64,000 bases of DNA from contig OZ245335.1 of NCBI GenBank assembly GCA_965226235.1, positions 1,137,660 through 1,201,659 of the forward strand. The letters run 5' to 3'. The position numbers and the translations under genes are program-made. Below, piece by piece: positions 20,420 to 32,900 of this stretch. Under the pieces are notes generated by a model. It saw nothing but the letters and a program-made list of their open reading frames with translations, was not told the DNA's origin and did not search any database. The first letter of the stretch is position 1. Each line of letters opens with the position of its first letter. This DNA is from Candidatus Oxydemutatoraceae bacterium (GTDB lineage Bacteria; Pseudomonadota; Gammaproteobacteria; Poriferisulfidales; Oxydemutatoraceae).

Positions 20420-22510
20420 TCAAAGGACGCCATCGTCAACGAAGTCGCTCTCGCGACCCTCTTCCGAACAATGGCCGCTCACGTCGACGAATACCTTGCT
20501 GTCCACTCGCGTCACGCAAAAACACCCCTCATAATGCTGACAAAGCCGCGCGCGTGGATTGTCTCGTCGAGGATCCCGTCGGGGGGCTCCAGGATCCCCT
20601 CGGGCTCGATGCGCACCATCAACTGCGCCGCTTCCGCCCGCGCCCTGCTGAACATCCAGCGGCTGCGGCCGGAACACGATCACCGCACGACGCTCCGCCC
20701 GGATGCCCAGCCCGTCTCCTTCCAGCAACTCACCCAGGTTGACCGGTGCGCCCGCAAGGTCTACCCTCATCCGCAACTCAAGCGGCGCCGTCGCACAGAA
20801 GGTAACCGCCGCGGTCGATGCTGCTGCGGTAAAGACCACCGTGCTCGAACCCACGACGGACGGCGTGCTCGACGAGTTGTCCGGGTACCCCTTGCAAAAT
20901 GCCGGGTTGTTCATCTGGTCCGAGTCCGAGCCGACACTCACCCGCAACGAATCCGGGTCGACCGCAACCCGAGCTGCGTCGTCCGGCGTGTAGACCAGCC
21001 GCAACCCGACTTCGCTGTCTCCCGACAGGCCTTCCATGCGCAGACCCACCACGTGCGGAACCCCCACGGCGATCACCAGATTGCCATCTTTGATCGGCGA
21101 CGCGTCCGTGACCAGACGAAACTGCGCCGTATCGAACCGCAGGGCACCATTGTCCTGCACCGCGTCCGCTACGCTGATCGTCGGTTTCATCGTCGGCACC
21201 GCGGCAGTCACAGTGGACGCGATTACCCGCGCTTCAAGATAAAACACCTGGCGTGGCGAAGCGTCGAAATCTTCCGCCAACTCGACCGGTATCTCTATCA
21301 TCCGCCCGCCCAGCGGATCCGCCGCGTCGGTGTCGACAGACTCGATCTGCGGAAGCACGCCGCCGCCTGCAAAGGTAACCACGAAGTTGGTGCTCGCAAC
21401 CGGGGCCTTGCCCCCGATGAAGAGTTCCGTCGTGTAACGCAACTCAACCACCAGCCGCTCGGTGCTCGCCAGGCTACCGCCCTCAAGTGCCAGGTCGACC
21501 CGCACAACATCGTCTTCGCCAGACAGCGCTAGCCGCGGCGGCGTGAACACCAACTTGAACGAACGGAACACATTGATCGCAAGAGGCGCCGGTTCCACGA
21601 GGATGCTCACGCGGTTGCCGCTCAACGTGAAATCGACAAGCGTCGGAACTGCCTCCACGCCCGCGGAAAACGTGATCATGGTCTGGTCTTCGTCGCCGCT
21701 CAACCGCACCAATGCAGGAAACTCGATCTCGCTGTCCCTCCGCAGGCTCAGCAGCACGTTGACCCCCTGGTCGGCAAACAGGCGCGGGAAAGTCGTTATG
21801 CGCAAATTGGAGCTCCCGCCTGCGACCATGTCGATCACCTCCGGCGCGTACAGCAACCTGACAGTGCTCGCCTCCAGCACCCTCATGTCGAATGACGCGA
21901 CCGTCACCCCGCCATCTGTCGCCAACGGCACGCCCGCGCTATCCGTCAGCGTCGCCAACGGCCGGCCAGCCGCGTCGATCACCTCGACCAAAGTGCTACT
22001 GGCGACCACGCGCAGGGATGCCACTTCACCCGGCTCGATGCCCAGGATCGGAATCACCGTCTCGCTGGACATCCCGTCCAGCACGACACGGATCACCGTC
22101 GAAGCCGCCAGCGGCTCTTCTGCCAGAAACGCCGCCTTCACCGCCGCGTTGCCTGCTTGGTAACTTCCCGGAAATACTGCCGAACCTTCGATCCGCACTT
22201 CGATTTCGATCTCTTCGTTTTCGCGCAACATGGCACCGACCCGAAGATCCCGGGACTCCCCGGCGACCACGGTCGAAGGCGAGAGAATCTCGCCGGTCAC
22301 ATCTTTGCCCAACATGGCACCGGCTCGAAGATCCCGGGACCCCCCGGCGACCACGGTCGAAGGCGAGAGAATCTCGCCGGTCACATCGACATCGCCGAAC
22401 TCGACCTCCACCATCAGACCCCGTTTGACCAGCACCTCCAGCGTCGCACCTTCACAGTAATCGCGATCGACTTCATCGGACGGATCATTGAACGCGAAGC
22501 ACTCCCTCAC
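20420..22510 (-). CDS. Repetitive beta-sandwich surface protein segment (696 aa); part of the giant tract
   Basis: Track ORF. It starts at a GTG two codons after an in-frame TAA, inside sequence that continues the sense of ORF 22485..23309 in another phase. It contains a 28-aa exact-type tandem duplication (DVTGEILSPSTVVAG.SRDLR.GAML). The C-terminal ~80 aa look like post-frameshift junk. Confidence 0.65.
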   Translation of the reverse strand: MRECFAFNDPSDEVDRDYCEGATLEVLVKRGLMVEVEFGDVDVTGEILSPSTVVAGGSRDLRAGAMLGKDVTGEILSPSTVVAGESRDLRVGAMLRENEEIEIEVRIEGSAVFPGSYQAGNAAVKAAFLAEEPLAASTVIRVVLDGMSSETVIPILGIEPGEVASLRVVASSTLVEVIDAAGRPLATLTDSAGVPLATDGGVTVASFDMRVLEASTVRLLYAPEVIDMVAGGSSNLRITTFPRLFADQGVNVLLSLRRDSEIEFPALVRLSGDEDQTMITFSAGVEAVPTLVDFTLSGNRVSILVEPAPLAINVFRSFKLVFTPPRLALSGEDDVVRVDLALEGGSLASTERLVVELRYTTELFIGGKAPVASTNFVVTFAGGGVLPQIESVDTDAADPLGGRMIEIPVELAEDFDASPRQVFYLEARVIASTVTAAVPTMKPTISVADAVQDNGALRFDTAQFRLVTDASPIKDGNLVIAVGVPHVVGLRMEGLSGDSEVGLRLVYTPDDAARVAVDPDSLRVSVGSDSDQMNNPAFCKGYPDNSSSTPSVVGSSTVVFTAAASTAAVTFCATAPLELRMRVDLAGAPVNLGELLEGDGLGIRAERRAVIVFRPQPLDVQQGAGGSGAVDGAHRARGDPGAPRRDPRRDNPRARLCQHYEGCFCVTRVDSKVFVDVSGHCSEEGRESDFVDDGVL
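22227..22394 (-). repeat. 84-bp (28-aa) in-frame tandem duplication
   Basis: aacatggcacc...gagagaatctcgccggtcacatc occurs at 22227 and 22311. In the protein this is DVTGEILSPSTVVAGGSRDLRAGAMLGK / DVTGEILSPSTVVAGESRDLRVGAMLRE. Confidence 0.9.
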
Positions 22511-23914
22511 TACTTATCCCCGTATCACCCCGCGTAAGCACCTGGAAGCGGCCATAATCGAAATCGGTCGCCTCGGCATCTACCAAAACGCTCACGTCAA
22601 TGTGCCTTGCGTCAACGTCTATATCAGGCGCCGGGAACGGCGGGGCTTCCTCCGTCTCCAGCATCGCCATCACCGCATCAACAAGATTTCCCTTATCGTC
22701 CAGACTGCTCAGACGACCGCTCCCATCCGAACTAAAGATGATGTCCAGGCTCACATCTGCCAGCAGCCTCGCGATCAGGCTCACGTCGGCCATGCTGCTC
22801 CGGCTATCTTCGGCGATCTCATTGCCCGGCAGCAGAACCACCTGTTGCGGAGAAAACGCCAGCATCGGCCGGTAGGGTTCGACGATCACCAGCAACGATG
22901 TGGTCGGCTTCAGCACCGGTTCGCCACCGGTGCTTGTATCCATCACCGTGCTCCTTACAACCTCGATGGTGGCGTCGCCGGCACGCAGACCGAAGGTCCC
23001 GAGTAACGTTGTGGCCATGTCCGTCAGCTCCACCCGCGTCGAGATCAGGTCCAGGATCTTCACCGGAAGCAGAGGCGACACCTCCACCATCAGTTCCACC
23101 TCTGCCGTTATGCCGCTCAAAGACCCCCCTGCCAAGGGCAGCAGAACCAGTGCCGCCAGTTCCTCCGGATCGCACGAGACCTTGCACACCTCGGCAACGA
23201 CCCGGCTCGGCATGAACACCAACTGGAACATCCGCGGCGCAACCTCCACCTGCAGACTGAAGGGAGAAACAACTTCGGCGCCATCCCGGCACCTCCACTG
23301 CTTCCACACGCAGACGGCTGCTGGCCAGATCCGCTCCCGCGATCAGCGTAAGGCCAACTTCGGTACTACCCGCGCTAAACACCACCTGTTGCGTGGACAA
23401 CGCCAGGCCGGCCCCGTCGTAATCCAGCGTCGCCACCAGCGACTCGCCTGGCAACAACCGCGACGTTCCAAACGAGGTATCCACCCCCAGCAACAGCAAC
23501 GACAGCGACGTCGAACTGAGTGCAGACATCGGAATCGACCCAAGCTCGGACCCCGCCTGGCTGACCACTGCAAAACGGAACTGACGCCTTTCCACTTCGA
23601 CCGCCACCGACACCGGCAGAACCTCGGCGTTGATCACGGCGGCGGGATCGACCACCGCCGTCAGCACGCCATCCTCTGCAGCGGCCACCGCCGACAAGGT
23701 CACGGAAACCTCGGTGCTCTCCGCGTCGAATGTCCCCGGCGTCACGGACAACGCAACGCCGGTGCCGTCGTTATACGCCAGCGTCACCGCCAGCGTCTGT
23801 CCGCGCCCAGGGACGGAATCCCCAGCGAAGAGGCCATCCCCGCCAGTTGCACCCGCAACGAGGTCGAGCCCCCCGCCAGCAGGCTCACCACCGGAGCCGG
23901 GGCACCCGCCTCGC
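22511..23914 (-). pseudogene. Frameshifted junction zone between the Calx-beta ORF and the 696-aa ORF
   Basis: Sense sequence hops between track ORFs 23784..23975 (VSTTLSVEIALRRFRLVVLSEAGAP..), 22819..23991 (middle part GQTLAVTLAYNDGTGVALSVTPGTFDAESTEVSVTL..) and 22485..23309 (SLQVEVAPRMFQLVFMPSRVV..). At least 4 phase changes occur in 1.5 kb. Confidence 0.6.
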
Positions 23915-26900
23915 TCAGAACCACCAAGCGGAAGCGTCGCAGCGCGATCTCCACCGACAAAGTGGTCGAAACCACCCCGCGTGTACGCCAACCCGGTCTT
24001 CGCCAGACAGTACCTCGCCCGAGGCGACCACCATCCCCAGCGGCGGTACTGCGTCGTGGCGCGCTTCGATGGTGAAGGTCGCCTGCAGCATAGTCGACGT
24101 CAGCGTCAGTTCAAGCGGAATGACTGTCACCGTCGTCGGCTGCAACGAAACCAGCAACTGCTCGCCCTCCATCAGCACATCCGGGTTCTCCAGTACCACC
24201 ACCACCTCGGTCGTGCCGCCCGCCAGCACCCGCGCCGTGGTCGCAGGGACGAACGCCAGCGAAAACTGCCGCACCGCACTGACCAGAACCGATGCCGGCG
24301 TCAGCGAAGCGTTATAGTATTCATCATCCCCCGGCGACACTAAACTATCCGGCGGTAATGGTAATACCACCGCCGTCACCGTCGCGTTCGACTCCACTAT
24401 CGCGTCACCAACCGTCCGCACCGTCAGTCGCGTCATTGACTCATCCGCCAGAAACACCACTTCCTTCTCAAACGGCGCGGTGTCCTCAAGTACGCGATTG
24501 CGATCTTGCGGTTCGTCAATCTGCACCGTCACCGTCAGCTCTGAAGCCGTGTCGCCCGGCCGCGTCAACTCAAAGACAATCTCCTCGCCTTCGGCCACTC
24601 CCAGATTATCGGGATGCTCATCAGGATCGAGAGCGATCGTCACGAAGTCGTTGTCCACGATGGTGATAATCGCCTCGGGGAACCTCCCCACACCATCAAC
24701 ATCAGGCCTGCCCGGCAGGCTATTAATAATCGTAATTCGAGAGTCATTGCCTTGCTCCAAATCGAACAACAGAGTCTCGTCTCCTTCCATTTGCTCGTCC
24801 TCCTCGGCTTTGAGCACCCCCGAGAGGATAAGAAAACTCTGCCGCCAACGCCCCGCCACCTGCTTAAAGTCCGATCCCGAAATATCATCTCTAAAGCTCG
24901 TCTTAAGGCCGACATGAATTGGCACATCATTAAGCTCGACTGAGACGTCGTCTGCAGATACGGCGGATACAGATGCCTTCTCCAAGCTGTAGCCAGCAAT
25001 AAAAAGCTCAACATTGACAAAAGCGTCATGGGGACGCTCGTCGGCTTCAAGAATGACCTCCCAAGCACCCTGCGGGGGGCCGCCTTCACTGATGTGCACC
25101 TGCGTGGTCGCAACATAAGCCTGCATTGGGGGAATGTCGTCATCCAGCACCAGAACCGACGCCGACCCCGGCGACCTCACCACATAATATTCGGCCCCCC
25201 CCACCGCTACCGCCGCCGCTGCTACCGTCGCCGTCACCGTCGTGTGCTCCTCGAACTCAAGGTCTGAAAACGTCGTCACCGACAGTTGCGTCGTTGGCAT
25301 GTCCGGCAGAAACATCACAGCCTCGGTCGACCGGACGCTATCAGAAAGTATGTCGCCGCCGGCTTCGTCAATCCCCACCACCACCGTCAGCAGTGAAGCC
25401 AGGTCGCCCGTGCGCGTCAACTCAAAGACAATCTCATCGCCTTCGTCCACTTCCACCAGCCCGGAATCGCCGACAGCGCCCACTGCGGTGATCGTCACCA
25501 ACGCCGTGTCGAGGACCACAACCGACGCCGGCCTCGACGAAGCGTTATAGTATTCGTCATCCCCCGGCGACGCTGAATAATCCGGCGAAAATACCACCAC
25601 CGCCGTCACCGTCGTGTTCGACCCCACTATCGCGTCATCAACCGTCGGCACCGTCAGTTGCGCCGTTGACGCGCCCGCCAGAAACACCACAGTCTTCTCA
25701 AACGGCGCGGTCTCCTCAAGTACGAGATTGGCATCTTGCGGTTCGTCAATCGCCACCGTCACCGTCAGCTCTGAAGTCGTGTCGCCCGGGCGCGTCAACT
25801 CAAAGACAATCTCCTCGCCTTCGTCGACTTCCGGATTATTGGCAGCGATCGTCACGAAGTCGTTGTCCACGATGGTGATAATCGTGTCGGGGAACACCTC
25901 ATCACCATCAACATCAAGCCTGCCCGGTAAGCTATTAATAAGACTAATTCGAGGGTCACTATCGTTGTCTTGATAAAAATCAACCAACAGGGTCTCGTCT
26001 CCTTCCATTTGATCGTCATCCTTGACTATGAACTCATGACCCCCCTCGATCTCAACACTACGCCACTGCAAACCCCCATCCACCATCACCTGACTAAAGA
26101 ACTCTCCGTGAATATCCCTAAAGTCCCGCTCAGGAACGGAGGCAGGAATTTCATCATCATCACTACCACCAGGAATCAGGAATGAGACGTCGTCTGCGGA
26201 TGCGGCGGATACGGATTTCTTCTCCAAGAGATAGTTAGCTACAAAAAGCCGAATAGCAAGAATCCTGTTATGGGGACGCTCGTCGGCGTCAAGAATGGCA
26301 CGCCACTCATACTTCCCTCCATTTTCATTGATACGCACCTGCGTGGTCTCAGCATAAGCGCGCATTTCCGGAATGTCGTCATCCAGCACCAGAACCGACA
26401 TCGACCCCGGCGACCCCGCCGCATAATATCCAGACTCCCCCTCCGCTACCGCCGCCGGTAGTACCGTCGCCGTCACCCTGGTGTGCGGCTCGAACTCAAG
26501 GTCTGAAAACGTCGGCACCGTCAGCCGCGCCGTTGACATGTCCGGCAGAAACACCACAGCTTCGGTCGGCCGGACGCTATCAGAAAGTATGTCGCCGCCG
26601 GCTTCGTCAATCCCCACCGTCACCGTCAGCTCTGAAGTCGGGTCGCCCGTGTGCGTCAACTCAAAGACAATCTCATCGCCTTCGCCCACTTCCACCAGCC
26701 CGGAATCGCCGATAGTGCCCACTGCGGTGATGGTCACCAGCGCCGTGTCGTCGTCGAGGACCAGAAGCGATGCCGGCGTCAGCGAAGCGTTATAGTATTC
26801 GCCATCCCCCGGCAACACCAAACTATCCGGCGGTAATGGTAATACCACCGCTGTCACCGTCGCGTTCGACTCCGCTATCGCGTCACCAACCGTCGGCACC

Positions 26901-29900
26901 GTCAGTCGCGTCATTGACTCATCCGCCGGAAACACCACTTCCTTCGTAAACGGCGCGGTGTCTTCAAGTACGCGATTGGCATCTTGCGGTTCGTCAATCG
27001 CCACCGTCACCGTCAGCTCTGAAGTCAGGTCGCCCGGACGCGTCAACGCAAAGACAATCTCCTCGCCTTCGTCCACTTCCGGATTATCGGAAGCGATCGT
27101 CACGAAGTCGTTGTCCACGATGGTGATAATCGCCTCGGGGAACACCTTCCTACCGCTAATACTATCAATCTCGACTTCCGGTAAGCTATTAATAAGACTA
27201 ATTCGAGGGTCAATGCCGCTTTGCCTAAAATCGAGCAACAGAGTCTCGTCTCCTTCCATTTGATCGTCATCCTCGGCTATGAGCAAAAACCCGGAATCGG
27301 AGAAGCCGAGAGCCAAACGCCACTGCAAACGACCACCTACCGGCTTAAAGTCCGATCCCGAAATCCCCTCTTTAAAGATAGTCGTAGTGAAGGGCACCAA
27401 CGACTCCCCCCCCCTCTTGAGTGAGACGTCGTCTCCGGATGCGGCGGATACGGATTCCTTCTCCAATAAGATTTCATATATAAGCAATACAAATTGCTTA
27501 TCCACCAAATCGTTATGAGGACGCTCGTCGGCTTCAAAAATGACACTAAAACCCCTCTGCCCGGGGCCGCCTTCACTGATGCGCACCTGCGTGGTCACAA
27601 CATAAACCTGCATTTCCGGAATGTCGTCATCCCGTACCAGAACTGATGTCGACCCCGGCGACCTCACCACATAATGTCCGGGCTCCCCCAACACCGTATC
27701 CGGCGGTACTACCACCGCCGTCACCGCCGTGTGCGGCTCGAAATCCTCGTCATTAACCGTCGGCACCGCCAGTTGCGTCGTTGGCATGTCCGGCAGAAAC
27801 ATCACAGCCTCGGTCGACCGGACGCTATCAGAAAGTATGTCGCCGGCTTCGTCAATCCCCACCACCACCGTCAGCAGTGAAGACAGGTTGCCGCCCGTGC
27901 GCGTCAACTCAAAGACAAGCTCCCTACCTTCTATCACTTCCACCAGCCCGGAAGGGCCGACAGCGCCCACTGCGGTGATGCTCACCAACGCCGTGTCGTC
28001 GTCGAGGACCAGAAGCGACGCCGGCGTCGACGCAGCGTTATAGTATTCGCCACTCTCCAAACCCGTCGGTGGCGCTATCGACGGATCCGGCGGTAAGACC
28101 ACCGCCGTCACCGTCGTGTCCGGCTCCACTGTCGCGTCATTAGCCGTCCGCACCGTCAGTTGCGTCATTGAATCGCCCGCCAGGAATACCGCTTCCTGCG
28201 TAAACGGCGCGGTGTCCTCAAGTACGCGATTGGCATCTTGCGGTTCGCCAATCTGCACCGTCACCGTCAGTTGCGCCGTTGACTCGACCGCCGGGCGCGT
28301 CAGCACAAAGACAATCTCATTGCCTTCGGCCACTTCCGGATTATCGGGAGCGATCGTCACGAAGTCGTTGTCCACGATGGTGATAACCTCATGAACAGAC
28401 TTCATAGTAAAACCGAAACCTTCGTTTCCTGGATCATCGATGACATATTCCGGGCGGAGACCTCCGGCCCTTTCGATCACAAGCCCAAACGTCTCGTCTC
28501 CTTCCATTAGATCGTCATCGTTGATGGTGACCGGTATATACACGACCTTCCGGTAAACCCCGTCTTCGAGCAACTTAAATCCTGAATGGCCGGGAGTAAA
28601 CATATTACTGAACACTGGATAGTCTCCCGGGAAGTTTGCACTGTTGTTTTTGCTCGAAAATGAAATGAAAAAACCCTCAGGAGGCGGTGCCTCGGCATCC
28701 ATCACGATCCCGGCTTGATACACACCGTGTCCTTCACTGAGGCGCGTCTGCGTACTGGCAGTATAAATGCGCATTGCGGGGAAACCGTCATCCAGCACCC
28801 GAACCGATGCAGACCCCGGCGACCCCACCTCATAATACCCAGGCTCCCCCAACACCGTATCCGGCGGTGATACCACCGCCGTCACCATGGTGGGCTGTTC
28901 GTACGCATCGTCATCAACCGTCGGCACCGTCAGTTGCCTCGTTGACTCGCCCACCGGAAACACCACAGTCTTTATAGACGACGCGGTGTCCTCAAGTACG
29001 CGATTGGCATCTAGCGGTTCTTCAATCTCCACACCCACCGTCAGCGATGAAGCCAGGTTGCCCGCGCGCGTCAACTCAAAGACAATCTCATCGCCTTCGT
29101 CCACTTCCACCAGCCCGGAAGGGCCGACAGCGCCCACTGCGGTGATGGTCACTATCGTCGTGTCGTCGTCGAAGACCAGAAGCGACGCCGGCGTCGACGT
29201 AGCGTTATAGTATTCGCCACTCTCCAAACCCGTCGGTGGCGCTATCGACGGATCCGGCGGTAAGACCACCGCCGTCACCGTCGTGTCCGGCTCCACTGTC
29301 GCGTCATTAGCTGTCCGCACCGTCAGTTGCGTCATTGAATCGCCCGCCTGAAACACCGCTTCCTGCGTAAACGGCGCGGTGTCCTCAAGTACGCGATTGG
29401 CATCTTGCGGTTCGCCAATCGCCACCGTCACCGTCAGTTGCGCCGTTGACTCGACCGCCGGGCGCGTCAGCACAAAGATAATCTCCTCGCCTTCGGCCAC
29501 TTCCGGATTATCGGGGGCGATCGTCACGAAGTCGTTGTCCACGATGGTGATAACCTCATGAGCACCCTTCCCACTAAAATCGAAACGTCTGTGTCCTGGA
29601 TCATCAATGACAATTTCCGGGCGGAGACCCGGGGCTCTTTCGATCAGAAGCCCAAACGTCTCGTCTCCTTCCATTAGATCGTCATCGTTGATGGTGACCG
29701 GTGTATACACGACCTTCCGGTAAACCCCGTCGACCAACTCAAATCCTGAAGGGCCGGGATTAACCTGATTAGAGAGCGATGAATAGTCTTTCGGGTCTTC
29801 TGCCCCTTTTCTTCGGGACGAAAATGCAATGAAAAAACCCTCAGGAGGCGGCGCCTCGGCATCCATCACGATCCCGGCTTGATACACACCGTGTCCTTCA

Positions 29901-32900
29901 TTGAGGCGCGTCTGCGTACTGGCAGTATAAATGCGTATTTGGGGAAAACCGTCATCCAGCACCCGAACCGACGCAGACCCCGGCGACCTCACATAATAAT
30001 GTCCGGGCTCCCCCAACACCGTATCCGGCAGTGATACCCCCGCCGTCACCGCCGTGGGCTGCTCGTACGCATCGTCATTCATCGTCTGCACCGTCAGTTG
30101 CCTCGTTGACTCGCCCACCGGAAACACCACAGGCAGGGTAGACGGCGTAAGCGGCACGGTGTCCTCAAGTACGCGATTGGCATCTTGCGGTTCGTCAATC
30201 TCCACACCCACCGTCAGCGATGAAGCCAGGTTGCCCGTGCGCGTCAACTCAAAGACAATCTCATCGCCTTCGGTCACTTCCACCAGCAAAGAATCGCCGA
30301 CACCTGCGGTGATGGTCACCAGCGCCGTGTCGTCATCGAGGACCAGAACCGACGCCGGCGTCGACGCAGCGTTGTAATATTTGCCACTACTCGTTCTCTC
30401 CGGTGGTGTTTCCGGCGGATCCGGCGGTATTACCAGCGCCGTCACCGTCGACATTCCCTCGTCATTAGCCGTCGGCACCGTCAGTAACGCCGTTGCCATG
30501 CCCTCCGGAAACACCACAGTCTGCGTAAACGTAGACGGCGCGGTGCCGCCGACTTCGGTTTCGGTAATCACCGTCACCGGCAGTTCCGGAGCCAGGTCGC
30601 CCGCCGGGCGCGTCAACACAAAGTTGATGGGCGTGCCTTTTGCCACCACCCCCAGCGTCTCGGAACCGGTAGCGATCCTGATGTCGGGACCGGGAGCGAT
30701 CGTTACGAAGTCGTTGTCCTCGATGGTGAGCGTCACCCTGTCCCCAGGGCTAAGAATTCTGATTTGAGGGTGAAGATTGGCACTTCTCTCCAACCTCAAC
30801 AGTAGCGACTCCTCTCCTTCCATCAGGTCGATATCCTCATTCTCCTTCCTATCGATAGTGACGAGCGTCGAAGGTTCAACGACCTGCCGGTAAAAGAAGG
30901 TCACACCTTCGTCGCCGATCCTGCTAACCCGCTGAAATTCTGAATAGAATATCTCGACCACCTCATTTACCGGCTCAAAGTCTTCCAGGAACTGTGCGCT
31001 CCTCGACTCGCTGAAATATGCAAGACCAAAAGATAATAGCCTGCCATCCCTGTCATCGAAACTACGGGGACGCTCGTCGGATAGCGTCTCCGCAATGACC
31101 CGAAGCCTAAAACCGCTTCCTTCGCTGACGCTCACCTGGGTGCTGGCAGCATAAACGTTTATTCCGGGAACGTCGTTATCCCGCACCAGAACCGATGTCG
31201 ACCCCGGCGACCTCACCACATAATGTCCGGGCTCCCCCAACACCGTGCCCGGCGGTACTACCACCGCCGTCACCGTCGTGTGCGGCTCGAAATCCTCGTC
31301 ATTAACCGTCGGCACCGCCAGTTGCGCCGTTGGCATGTCCGGCAGAAACATCACCGCCTCGGTCGACCGGACGCTATCAGCAAGTATGTCGCCGCCGGCT
31401 TCGTCAATCCCCACCACCGCCGTTAGCGGTGAAGACAGGTTGCCCTCCGTGCGCGTCAACTCAAAGACAAGCTCCCTACCTTCTATCACTTCCACCAGCC
31501 CGGAAGGGCCGACAGCGCCCACTGCGGTGATGGTCACCAACGCCGTGTCGTCGTCGAGGACCACAACCGACGCCGGCGTCGACGCAGCGTTATAGTATTC
31601 GCCACTCTCCAAACCCGTCGGTGGCGCTATCGACGAATCCGGCGGTAAGACCACCGCCGTCACCGTCGTGTCCGGCTCCGCTATCGCGTCATTAGCCGTC
31701 GGCACCGTCAGTAGCGCCGTTGACGCGCCCGCCAGGAATACCGCTTCCTTCTCAAACGGCGCGGCCTCCTCAAGTACGCGATTGGCATCTTGCGGTTCGC
31801 CAATCTGTACCGTCACCGTCAGCGATGAAGCCAGGTCGCCCCCCGGGCGCGTCAGCACAAAGTTAATGGTCGTGCCTTCGGCCACCCCCAGCTTATCGGG
31901 AGCGATCGTCACGAAGTCGTTGTCCACGATGGTGATAACCTCATGAACAGACCCCATACTAAAATCGAAACCTTCGTTTCCTGGAGTATCGATGACAATT
32001 TCTGAGGGGAAAACCAAGCCCATTTCGATCAGAAGCCCAAGCCTCTCGTCTCCTTCCATTAGATCGTCATCGTTGATGGTGACCGGTATATACACGACCT
32101 TCCGGTAAAAGAAGGTCACACCTCCGTCGACGCTAACCCGCTGAAATCCTGAATGGCCGGGATTAAACGAAATAGTGAGCCTTGGAGAGTCTTCCGGGAT
32201 GCCTGCACCCCCGCTTCTGGTCGAAAATGAAATGAAAAAACCACGATCACTAGGCGGCGGTGCCTCGGCATCCATCACGATCCCAGCTTGATACACACCG
32301 TGTCCTTCATCAAGGCGCGTCTGCGTACTGGCAGTATAAATGCGCATTGCGGGAAAACCGTCATCCAGCACCCGAACCGACGCCGACCCCGGCGACCCCA
32401 CCTCATAATACCCAGGCTCCCCCAACACCGTATCCGGCGGTGATACCACCGCCGTCACCGTGGTGGGCTGCTGGTACGCATCGTCATTAACCGTCGGCAC
32501 CGTCAGTTGCCTCGTTGACTCGCCCACCGGAAACACCACAGTCTTTATAGACGACGCGGTGTCCTCAAGTACGCGATTGGCATCTTGCGGTTCGTCAATC
32601 TCCACACCCACCGTCAGCGATGAAGCCAGGTTGCCCGCGCGCGTCAACTCAAAGACAATCTCCTCGCCTTCGACCACTTCCACCAGCCTGGAATCGCCGA
32701 CAGCGCCCACTGCGATGATGGTCACTATCGTCGTGTCGTCGTCGAAGACCAGAAGCGACGCCGGCGTCGACGCAGCGTTATAGTATTCGCCACTCTCCAA
32801 ACCCGTCGGTGGCGCTATCGACGGATCCGGCGGTAAGACCACCGCCGTCACCGTCGTGTCCGGCTCCACTGTCGCGTCATTAGCCGTCCGCACCGTCAGT

